This document shows, in pieces, positions 10,870 to 21,019 of a DNA stretch of 64,000 nucleotides. The stretch comes from Squalus acanthias (lineage: Eukaryota): NCBI GenBank assembly GCA_030390025.1, contig CM059431.1, forward strand, positions 148,554,001 to 148,618,000. The letters run 5' to 3'. Numbering within the stretch: the stretch's first letter is position 1; each line of letters opens with the position of its first letter. The notes beneath the pieces are model-generated. The model did not search any database, was not told the DNA's origin, and saw nothing but the letters and a program-made list of their open reading frames with translations. Made by a program: the position numbers and the translations under genes.

Positions 10870-13213
10870 TCAAGGTTTGTTCCATCCCCGGCCATAGCCT
10901 TTATTTTGATGCACTTCCCAAGGACCTTCGTGTCTGCAGCGGAGCTCCTCGTCCCTTCCCCTTCACTTTGTACACAGCAGGTAGAGAACTATCCCGAGCT
11001 GGCAGACCACCAAAAGATGGGAAGCCATCCTCATCCAGGACGGCACCTCTATATTCTCGAAAATATCCCGCCAGTTTTGAACTACTATATCCAAAATCTC
11101 TGCCCCTATTTCAAATGTTTTCTGTTCCAGGTTGTAGAAATGTTTTTGTGAAATCTCTGCAGCTTTAAGTAGGATGTTAAGTAGGGGGAATTTTATATCC
11201 AAAGTAAGTCACATACTATTGCAGGTTTGTAATGTTTTCTGTAACAGTGAGGTGAGGAGTGAAGGTTTCAGGAATGGGGACAATCCGTTCCTGGGCAACT
11301 TGAACTTCTGCCTCGGGTTTAAAGCAGAAACTGCTGTCACTTACCGGACACCAGAAGTGTCCATGCTGGTAGTGGGACGCACCTGTGGTGACACAATATG
11401 TCCCACCCCATATATATGCTACCTGTGGGGAAACATGGCCGTGTGCCATCACCTCCATGGTACAATTGATAGGTCGTGCGCCAGCAGCTTTAAACCCGCA
11501 CTGTGGTTTGGAATAGGCGGTCAAGTGCTGGGGACACAGTATTATGTGTGAACCCCGGCTCCGGCACCCGGAGAGGTCAGTACCTGTCATGCCTTCCTCC
11601 CACTTTATGATATAAGGTGGGACCGCTGTAAAACGGATGTGTGCACCCCCTTGAATTACTCCACTGTTCTCCACCCTGTATACCGGTACGGGTCGGGCTG
11701 TCCCACTCATGACTGGCATTCTCACTACTATCCCCATGACAGTGTGATTTGAACGCCCACAATCTATTGGGACAGGGCAGGCTTCAGAGGCTAGACGAAA
11801 TTGGCATGGACTCAGCGAATTACTAAACGGGTTGAGGGCTGTAAGGTGCTTGTTGCTGATCCAGCAGGGGACTAAACCTTGCTTTAAATCCTCCAGGTTG
11901 CGACGGTCCTCGCCCAGTAACCATGCCCCGTACAGCACACACACCTCATTCTGTGCAGCCTGATCCGATGCATTTCTATCCTCCCGTATGAGTGAATTTA
12001 CTGTTTTGGCATGCCTTTCCAATTCTGCAATAATTTCCTTTAAATGAACCGTCAAAGCTTGGTCCTCATGTAGCTCTGAGCCTACCACTGTGTTCCCATC
12101 CTTCAGGATCTTACTTAACTGGGTTTTTCAACCATTTATCTGTGTCTGTAATTCCATGTCATTCAGGCTATTTATTACAGAGGACCCTGTACTATAGGCA
12201 GTGAAGACATCATTCCAGGCTCCCCTTCTTTGTCTACCCGTGCCCATAGGGTTCTCAGGGTGTATTCTGTATAGCTCTACTTTGTCTATATTGGCAAAAT
12301 CAAATTCGTAAAATTTCCTAAACATTTCCTTCAGCAGGGCCTGGTACAGCTGCTCCGTTTCCTTAGGACACCACACAGGTAAGTATACCTCGGTAAGGTT
12401 TAATATTACTGAAGCTACTGCATAGTGTTCCCCCTGGTATAGTACCTTTTCGTTTGGTGCTAGGACTAACCCATTCCCTGGTCCCTTGGTGGTGGTAGGG
12501 CACTTTTCTTCCAGGGTTTTCGGTACCTGGCTCGTGGGTAGGGGCTTTCGGGTGTGTGCCACGAGTTCAGTGGCATTAACTGGGACCTGAATGTGTGGCA
12601 CCACGCACCCATGCAGGCTAGAATCACACCCTATCCCCTCCCCGGCATCTTGCCATTGGCTGGAGAAGATGATGGATTCCCCTATGGGGCAGGCTTCCTA
12701 TGATCCCCACATACAACCATAGACTCCCTGTTCCGACTCCCACCACTTATCCCAACAAACACTAACTTCTCCTTGGGTCCCTGTGATTGTCCGGTGGGTG
12801 TCGTTCCCTAATCTTTCCCAGTCGGCTGTATGGTACCCTGCGTCCCTGCTCAGCTTCCTGAGCCACCACCACCTAGTCAGGGGAATTCGTCCCTTACAGG
12901 TAAGGCACATACGCTTCCCCTCGGTGACACTGACCCTGGTGGCAACGACCTGCATTCTGGGTCATGGGAGGTAGGCCTCCCCGTACGTGAACCCGGGCTG
13001 GGTGGATTATTTAGTAAAGTTGGACCCCAGCCACCCTGGCCACCTCCCCTCGTGGAAGTAGATGGCGAGCTCCACCACTACCCGCTCGCCACCCCCTGCG
13101 GTGACGACTGGTGCTCTCACTCCTGAGCACCCATAGATGTGAGAGTCCTCCACGTCACCTCGGTAGCCGATGCTCACCCCTACCAGGGCGAAGAGGAGCA
13201 GAAACCTTGTCAT
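10870..13213 (-). pseudogene. env: env: signal peptide, Ig-like domain, furin site, F-type fusion ectodomain, TM anchor
   Basis: ORFs 13007-13249, 12698-12955, 12128-12604 and 11216-12088 share one frame, separated by stops; 10963-11202 is frameshifted. MTRFLLLFALVGVSIG; RQRR|GAWNDVFTAYSTGSSVINSL; heptad region; Cys-rich DLSGC..IILCP, YCVTT, FCF; TM-like HLLVVCQLGIVLYLLC. Confidence 0.85.
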
Positions 13214-13225
13214 CCCGATGTCCTT

Positions 13226-13252
13226 TCTGTAGGGGCACACACAAAACATATA
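13226..13252 (-). promoter_or_regulatory. Probable env splice acceptor
   Basis: Minus strand TTTTGTGTGTGCCCCTACAG| lies 13 nt upstream of the env ATG (13213). Confidence 0.6.
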
Positions 13253-13439
13253 TCCATGTCCCAGAAAGGTTCTCCGGCTGGATAATCAATCAAGCCCTTA
13301 AACTTAAAAAAAACTCTACAAACAACGAAACTAATGATAACTCAAAACCACCAAAACTGCAATTACTTAAAAACCCAAATTTATGTTCATTTGCCGCCCG
13401 TCTCCGGGCGGCCAGGTTAAATCATGTTTGGTCTCTGCC

Positions 13440-14374
13440 TTATGCGGCCTCTGGATGGCTTGTACACCTGGGTGTCGTGCGGCCTGTACCGCAGACCCAG
13501 AAGGCCTTCCTCAAATCCGCTGGGGGTATCTTAACATCCCAGCTGCGTCCTGTGCTGCAGCACACTACCCACTTTGGTGTGTTTGCAGCGCCCTCGTTCA
13601 TATCTGTGGGCTCCTCCCAGCCTGAGGCTGCGGGCGGGGGACCCTTCTCTCTCTCTCCTTCCAGTACTACCTCTCCTGTGAAACCCTCACTGTTGGAGGC
13701 TGTAGGCTGGGAATCACCAACTTTAGAACGCTCCCTGCTCTTGGGCGCCCTTCTTCGGATTGCAACCCTCTTTGGGTGGGACCCTCTTAACAGATACACC
13801 TGTGGCCACAGTAGCCTTTGCTGTGGTGTGCGGGGAGACCTTCTTAGGGCTCTGGCCACTGGGGGTGTGCTTGAGCCCCACATAATCGGTGGAGTGACCT
13901 CTCCTGTGAGACAACACACTGTCCCTCCCGCTCCAGCCTGTGCGTCTGCCACAGTTGTGTCTGGCTGCGGATTTCTAACTTGGGGGCAGTCCACCTTTGC
14001 CGGCTGTTCCCTTTTAGGTTTAAACAGTTTGCACTGGTCAATCTCCCACTCGTGAGTTATCTGGGGTTCTAACAGCAGCCTATCTTTCTGGTGCTGGCTC
14101 CCCAGGTTACTGGCTGCTTGCCAGTGATTCTGTTTAAAAATCTGGTCCTCTGCCCTGAAAGGACCTCCGAGGGACTCCCCTCACTCTCTCTACCAGGCCG
14201 GACTTAAAGACGGGATGCTGGGCTTGGACCTGCTTTAAGTCCGGGGGCTAAGCTACCCCCTGTGTGCCTCCCTTGTCCCGGATTGCAGCTACCGGACCTG
14301 CATTATAGGGATCCCATAACTCTCCTTCACTGGCCCCCTGCTTGGCCAACTTGTCGGCCTTTTGGTTACCCTCC
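13440..14374 (-). pseudogene. pol: pol remnant: RNase H C-terminus, integrase-flanking segments and a Pro/Arg-rich tail; RT and IN cores absent
   Basis: My translation: GNQKADKLAKQGA (14332-14370), DLKQVQAQHP, then HWQAASNLGSQHQK...HEWEIDQCKLF running into ORF 13440-13994. No YxDD or DDE motifs seen. Confidence 0.75.
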
Positions 14375-17116
14375 CACGTGGTATGGAGGGATCCTAAATC
14401 TATGTCCAAAGGTTTGGATATGGCCCCAGCCTGCTTGTTCCCTGTGATTCACATTAAACTGTACGGGACCCCGCTAGACCTGAGTGAATTGGTCAGGTCT
14501 GCCGAATGGACCACCGTGCTGGCGGCTCCGGTGTCCACCAAACATCTCCCCTGCACTTTCTCCACCCCCTTCTTCACATCGTATCCCAGGGGAACACAGG
14601 TAGACAGGCTGCGCTGGTTCCAGTCATAGGTCTGCATTAGGGTGGGGGCTGATGGGATTAATGCACCAGTAGCTACCTTCCCTGGGCCACCAAACAGGAC
14701 TCTGATGGCCGCTACTATTGTGTCCAGTGTGGGGGAAGAGGTCGATGCCTCTACTTTTGGGGCAAAAGCTGGGGAATTTTTTGTCAGCATATCCTTCCAG
14801 GGATTTCTACAGTCCTTTCTCCAGTGCCAACTCTTCCCGCACCCGAAGCAGTTACGCTTCATATCTGAAGGTTTACCACCTTCCTGGTCCCACTCCTTCT
14901 TATCCTGAGTGGGCTTTATCTCATACACCTTCCCTTTCAGTGGGGTGTCTTCAGCTCCCCTACCGTTCCGGTAGGCTAGGGTCAGTTGCCAGACCACTGC
15001 CTCCTCGGTGACCCGGGGATCTCTTGGGTCAAACCAAAGCACAGCCATGGCTTTGACTCGTGGCAAGCTGTTTGCCACTTGGTTACGGAGCCAGTGGGCT
15101 AGCTCGTCCCTGTTCAGGTTAGCCCTGTCGAGAGCCCCATTACAGGCAACCATGTACACCGGCCACAGCCTGTCTGCGAAAGCCTGTGGGATCACCCCTG
15201 CGAGCTGCACTGTTTTTCTCCACCCGGGAGAAAGGACTTCCCTCATTCATTCCCATGGCCTCTAAAACTTCCTCCCTGAGGGAAGCATACCCGTTCTGTC
15301 CTCTCTTGCTCTCATTAGAGAGTGACTGGTACAATTTCCCATCAATGAGAACAGGAGCTATTTTGCCATTTCGGCATCGTCACAATCGTTAATGGCTGCT
15401 GATTGTTCCACCTCCATGAAGTGAACTGCGGGGTCTTCCTTTTGGGTAAGTTTACTCTTGTGGTTTACCATAGCCCTAAGCTCTTGTGTACCGTGGGGAG
15501 CCAAGAATTGACTTTCAAGGGGTCGCTGACCTCCACCACCGGCGGGCGAGCCGAATTTTTGCTGTCGTGCTGGGCACATTGGCCCTGGCTCCGACTTCTC
15601 CTGCATCGGTTCGCCCCCCTCTCCCTGCTGCCAGACCGAGTCAAAACTCGGCGCCACAGGTGCTGGTGTGCACTCCCTGTCAGCCTCACAGATTGTCTGC
15701 ACCTTCTGCTGCCTAAACAAGCTTCTCCTTGGCGCCACAGGTGGTGGTCGAACAGTCTCCCCCTGCTCTACCAGGTCTGCCTGGGCCGCACCCGGGCTTA
15801 TCAGGCACAGCATGCCTTTTGTCTTGATCAGAGCAAGGTTCAGACTCTCAATCTGCTTCTGAGAGGGGCCGTGGTCCCCTACCTCAAACTCCCTTTTACT
15901 GGCTATTCTATAGGCTGCCTGAACATCGTTTAACTTCTCTGTGAGTTCCCTTAATTGCTTGGCAAGGCGGGTGTTCTGTTCCCGCAATGCCAGTTCACTA
16001 CTTTTGGCCCCGGTGGACTGATACTGGAGGTATCCCTTACTGGCACGGTGTTCCTCCAGCATCTGTGACTGTTCCTGATCTTTTGAGCCGAGCTCTGCTA
16101 ACAACCTATCTCCTGCTATAGCTCTGGCACGGGACAGTTGGCTTTCTTTCTTTAGCTCTTCTGTGAGAGCCTGAATACACTTCCCATAAGCTGCATTTGT
16201 TTCTGGGAGCAGACCAACCATATGGCTTTATCCACAGACTTATTGGCCCAGAAATTGATCTCGCTCTGTTCCCGCGGGGGTAAGCCTTCCCCGCGTTGTC
16301 TCACCTCGCTTGTGCTTTTTCAGATCCAGCTCGCACGAACTTGATGTTCCAGACATCAGCTGTGCTGGGCTTGCGTATCCCAGCGGCGTAGTGAATTCGT
16401 GCGAGCTGTGGGATCACGTGACTCAGATGGAGTCAATGGCAGCACACCATCTTCCATTCATAAGTTTCACAGACCTGCTCTGAAATCTATGAATCTTACA
16501 ACCCCCCAAAATAACAGCTAAACCTCAATTAAATTTAAAAAAAAACCATCACATTAATAAAATAAGTATAGTTAATTAAATTAACCATTTTAAATAAAAA
16601 ATTAAATTTTTGAAAAAATTTAAAATCTTTTAAAAAGTTATAAAAATAAACTTACCTGTCTTTAAAGTCTCTAAAAAAGATATACCTGTAAAAAAAAATT
16701 CAAAAAAATACTTAATTCACTACTTACCTTCTTAAAAGCGGGTCTTACTCCTCCTTTTTACATTTCCAAAATCTTCCCTACTTACCTGCGCGTCCAAAGC
16801 ATGAAGTGCACAGCGTGCGCGCAGCCTGTAGCGCGCACGCGATGCACCCAGGACCCGCCCCCTTTTCAGAAGAGCAATTGCCGGTTTTCAGCGCATGCGC
16901 AGGGCATGCAGAAAACCGGCAATTGGAGTGGAAATACGCGAGAGTACGCAGTGCGTACTCTCACTTCCCGGGATGAATTTTCGGCCCATTGTATTCCTTG
17001 CTCTCAGTCCATGCAGCTGCAGCGTCCATGGGACGTTCAGCATGCAACAGCCTGAGGACCCATTTCTGGGTGATATTTACTTTTTTATATACATAGGATG
17101 ACATCCTCTCTTCCAT
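14375..17116 (-). pseudogene. gag: gag-pro: coiled-coil N-region, capsid-like region, CCHC knuckle, PSAP motif, aspartic protease N-half; broken by MITE, stops and frameshifts
   Basis: ORFs 16961-17188, 15358-16221, 15140-15334, 14449-15246. CFGCGKSWHWRKDC (14809-14850), PSAP (14644-14655), CLVDTGA (DTG 14527-14535). Confidence 0.85.
16245..16987. mobile_element. MITE (PIF/Harbinger-like, 3-bp TSD) inserted in gag
   Basis: Imperfect TIRs GGCCCAGAAATT / AATTTTCGGCCC; ATT on both flanks; homologous to 56764-57476. Confidence 0.8.
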
Positions 17117-17170
17117 TTTTGTTCTCTCCTCAAAACCAGCATTTACTGCTTCACAACCCTTTCGCCAAAC

Positions 17171-17187
17171 TCCTGCCACGGTCGCCA
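17171..17187 (-). promoter_or_regulatory. Primer-binding site, tRNA-Arg(UCG)-type
   Basis: Minus strand TGGCGACCGTGGCAGGA, 4 nt after the 5' LTR. Complements the vertebrate tRNA-Arg-TCG 3' end as I recall it (...TCCTGCCGCGGTCG-CCA) with one mismatch. Confidence 0.8.
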
Positions 17188-17191
17188 TTTA

Positions 17192-18387
17192 TGTAAGGGG
17201 TATCTTGATGGGGTCAGCCTTCGCTTTCTGACACAGTGAGCGGTTCGACTCGCTCCAACACCCCTCCGGTTCCTTGACTTTGGGCTTATTTAGGGATTGT
17301 GAACAAAATTGCAGTAAACAGGTTCTGATGAAAGAATTTTACTTTATTAAAGGAATAAGGTAACACACTTGAAACACACTTATTACTGCAGCACAGATTC
17401 GGGGAACACACGGTACAAGCGAGGGAAATGACAATATATCAAACAAAACCTTATCCCTCCCAAAGATCCCACTATCTGGCTAGGTTTTAGGTTTCAGGAG
17501 ATCAGGGATAATGCTCACCAACGAATCCTTGACAGGATATTAGAGTCTTTTGTTTAAAAGGACTCCGTAAGGCCCTTGTTGCTGCGAGGTGTCTGATGGT
17601 CACTGAGGCAGTCACTCTGGTATCTTCTTGTGTGCTTGTCTTCTGGCCTTCTTCCTCGTGGCTTGAGGTAATTTTTGCTGGAGCAGGGAGAGAGCTGTGT
17701 CCACGTCGTCATTCAGTCCGAAAAAGAGAGAAATTATGGCACAGAATCTCAAATTATACTGTTTCTTTTTTGCGCCCAAAAACCCCTTACTAAAACGAAT
17801 TCCTTTTTGATTGTAAATAAACCTTGCTTAGTCCAATTGTCTAGTTTTTGGCGGGCTTGCCAGTTCCGATGGTTTTTGCTTAGTGTTAATCGTTTGGCCC
17901 ATTAAAACACAGCCTTACTTACGCGCCAAATCTCCAACCTATTGTCCTTCTGTTGGCGGGCTTTTAAATCTGTTCTGAGGAAACCTGGTTGATTGTTTTT
18001 TTCGATAGGATAATGGGTATGAAACTGTGTGATCGAAGTTATATTGTCATTGAATCGTTTTTAGATTTCCAGCATCTTGTTTGCCCCTGGGGATCCAAAT
18101 TTGAATGTGTTTGTGAGTTTTGCTTTGACTCAAACAATTCCCAGGCAGCTTGATCTGTTCACTGACCGGCCAAGCCCCTCGCAGCTTGTGTCTGTGAAAA
18201 AAATGTCTCTCCCAACAATCAGAATTTAAAAAAAATCATTTTCCTCAGGTTTTTCTTCCATGATCTATAGGTTTTTACATCAAATCACTTCACTTAGGCC
18301 CCGTCATCTGAAGTTTGTATGAAAAGTCCAAAACTCACTCCCTTTAGGGCTCTGTTCGAGTTTCTGGGGGATTTTGCGAAGCCTACA
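17192..18387 (-). repeat. 5' LTR (1196 bp)
   Basis: Same termini as the 3' LTR; many substitutions and one ~25-bp indel relative to it; followed on minus by the PBS. Confidence 0.95.
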
Positions 18388-18529
18388 GTTCCGATATCTC
18401 GGGTAGGGGCCAGGCTATAAAATTCAGTTTTCTTATTGTTCAGTATAGGCAATGTCATAAACATCTCCAACAGAAAGTCTATCAATTTACGACACTTCCC
18501 TGACTTTCACAATTATTTACATTAATTCG

Positions 18530-18810
18530 AGGTTGCATCAATGTTCCCGCGAAGGTGTGCGGATGCACGGTCGCGTAGCCATCTGCAAGGCCCCGCGCAG
18601 TCACATTCACAGGTATGTGGAGAGCTGGGCCGGGGGCGGGGGGCGCAGAACAATGGCCAGAGCGCCAGCGGCTGCAGAGAGCGCGGGATACAGTGCAGTT
18701 AGGGGCGGGGTGGGCGAGAGCTTCATCTGTTTGGCTGTCAGTTTTTGCGTAAATGCTTGGTTCGAACTTTGGGACACGCTCTGGGCCAATGACCGGTAGG
18801 TGTGCTGTGT
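18530..18810. promoter_or_regulatory. Small CpG-rich promoter-like island
   Basis: High CpG; GC boxes GGGGCGGGG at ~18632 and ~18702; CCAAT at ~18786; splice-donor-like CAGGTATGT and CCGGTAGGT. Confidence 0.45.
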
Positions 18811-18824
18811 GCTCTAAGTGGTAA

Positions 18825-19385
18825 AAGAGTAAAGACGTCTTTACACAGTTATATAGTGCCCTGGTGAGACAACGCCTGGAGTATTGTGTACAGTTTTGTT
18901 CTCCTTACCTAAGGAAGGATATACTTGTCAAAGAGGGAGTGTAATGAAGGTTCACCAGACTGGTTCCTGGGATGGGGGAGTTGTCCTATGAGGAGAGATT
19001 GAGTAGACTATATCTATATTCTCTAGAGCTTAGAAGAATGAGTGGTGTTATCATTGAAACATACAAAATTATTACAGTGCTTGAAGACGTGTATGATTGT
19101 CAGCTGCAACATCCAATGGAGTGCGGAACTGAACTCCAATCGCCATACCTTTGATTCCCCTAGAGTGCAAAAATCTATCTATCAAAGCCTTGAATATAAT
19201 TAAAGACTCAGCATCCAACGTCCTCTGGGTCAGATAATTCCAAAAATTCACAACTCACTGTGTGAAGAAATTCCTCCTCATCTCAATCTTAAATGGCCTA
19301 CCCCTTATCCTGAGATTATAACCCCTAGTTCTAGACACTCCAGCCAGGCGAAACAACCTTTCAGCTCATATCCTGTCAATCTCCT
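18825..19385. mobile_element. Old CR1 3' fragments; second half inverted
   Basis: + piece 18825-19085 (YEERLSRL..ETYKII) and - piece 19140-19385 (the next part of the CR1 C-terminus). Confidence 0.7.
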
Positions 19386-19389
19386 TCGG

Positions 19390-19810
19390 AGAGAGGAAGA
19401 TGGACAAAGTGACAGAAATAGAGAGGAGATATAAATGGAAATAGAGAGAGGAGTGATTAATCAATATAGATAGGGAGAGATAGGGTGACGGAGATAAAGG
19501 AGAGATAGATGGAGATAGAAATAGTAGAGATTATTATGTACAGATAGGGAGAGAGAGAGGGTGACAGATATAAAGGCGAGATAGATGGAGCTAGAGAGAG
19601 AGGAGAGATTACTAGATATAGATACCCTACCTGAAGAAGGGGCGACAGCTCCGAAAGCTTGTAATTTTAAATAAATCTGTTGGACTATAACCTGGTGTTG
19701 TGCGACTTCTCCTGGATATAGATAGGGAGAGAGAGTGGTTGACAGACATAGAGGAGAGATAGATGATAGCAGACAAACGCGAAGTCAGAGGTAGATTTTA
19801 GACAGAGGGA
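19390..19810 (+). repeat. GA/GATA-rich low-complexity tract
   Basis: GAGATAGA-like units. Confidence 0.8.
19625..19711 (+). ncRNA. Solo Penelope terminal repeat with minimal hammerhead ribozyme motif (stem II degenerate)
   Basis: TAC-CTGAAGA-AGGGGCGACAGCTCC-GAAAGCTT-GTA, then AATAAA and TGTTGGACTATAACCTGG; same unit at ~26584 and 44351. Confidence 0.7.
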
Positions 19811-20144
19811 GATGTGTTTCCCTCTTGGTTTTGTAAAATTCTGTGTGCTGTGGGCCCATTGAGCTGTTCAAGGTTCTTAAACAGAATTTGCGTTACTACT
19901 GGATGTGATCTCAGATTTACTATCTCCAATAATTTCACAGAGCTGAGCTCCTGCCAACAAAACAGCAGCAACTTTTTGGAAGGACAGTAGAGAGGTACCA
20001 GGAAGAAAGAGGATTAATTTCAATCCACTGGGACGACAGAAGCAGGAATTGATATATCGACACTGATCCGACAGAGACTGGAGCTGAGCAATCCAGGCAG
20101 GGGCATCACTGAGAGAGGGGAGGCAGTGATCGTTGGGAAATCTA

Positions 20145-20480
20145 CAGGATCCAGCCCGGCCTGTGTTGAGTTAGCCTGATCTCACACCCGGTGTGATACT
20201 GAGCCGCACAGACACACAGGGCAGGAAAGGCCCAGGCTCTATCCCCGGCTGGTGCTGAGTTAGCCTTTTTCCACCGCTGTGGTACTGAGCCCCACACAGA
20301 CACAGATCAGAAAAGCCCAGACTCCGTTCCCGGCCTGTGCTGAGTTAGCCTTATCTCACCCGCTGTGGTACTGAACCCCACACAGACACAGAAAAGGAAA
20401 GCCCAAGGCTCCATCCCAGGGCTGTGCTGTGTTAGCCTGATCTCACTCCCGCTGTGGTACTGAGCACTTTATACACAGAG
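20145..20480 (+). repeat. ~87-bp tandem repeat (4 units), probably SINE-head derived
   Basis: GAGTTAGCC (or variant) at 20168, 20257, 20342, 20429; GGTACTGAGC motif in the units. Confidence 0.7.
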
Positions 20481-20487
20481 AATGGTG

Positions 20488-20612
20488 CAGTGTAGAGGGA
20501 GATTTAATCTAGAAGTAACCCATGCTGTACTTGCACGGGGAGTGTTTGATGGGACAGTGTAGATGGAGCTTTAGTCTGTATCTAACCCCGTGCTGTACCT
20601 GCCAGGGGAGCA
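20488..20612 (+). repeat. Two units of a ~67-bp minisatellite
   Basis: AGTGTAGA.GGAG.TTTA..CT...TAACCC..TGCTGTAC duplicated. Confidence 0.6.
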
Positions 20613-21019
20613 GTTTAAACTAAGATGGTTGTCATTCCCAATTTATCAAATACCTGACCATTAATCTGAGACAGTGTTTGTGTTGATCACTTCTGTTATT
20701 ACAAAACTCCTTCTGTTCACCCAGGAACGTTTTGTCTCTCACTGGCGTCCGGCCTCCTCTGGCAGTTCCTTAGGAGTCAGTGCTGAGTGTTGCTATTGAA
20801 ACGTGGGAGGTGTCACGGTTAGTCTCCATCGTGATTTCAGTTTCCATAACAATGGCCGTCTCCGCCCCTGCCTGAGCTCATCTTCTGCTGAAACCCTCAT
20901 CCATGTCTTGGTTACCTATAGATTCGATATCCAGAGAACAAACAGATATAAATAATGTAATAGGATTATAATCAATGATTTTACTTCACTGATTGAAACC
21001 AGGCAAAGTTGAACAAATT

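Larger units (their letters stand above)
9416..18387 (-). mobile_element. Endogenous retrovirus-like provirus, pol-deleted, with F-type env (lokiretrovirus-like)
   Basis: Paired LTRs, GTTC TSD (9412-9415 and 18388-18391), PBS, PPT, and gag-pro-(pol remnant)-env order on the minus strand. Confidence 0.93.

Noticed and set aside
13111..14055. 314-aa antisense ORF as an HBZ/ASP-like gene
   Set aside because: Starts at a non-ATG codon, has no recognisable domain and mostly shadows a GC-rich sense ORF. Noted but not supported as a gene.
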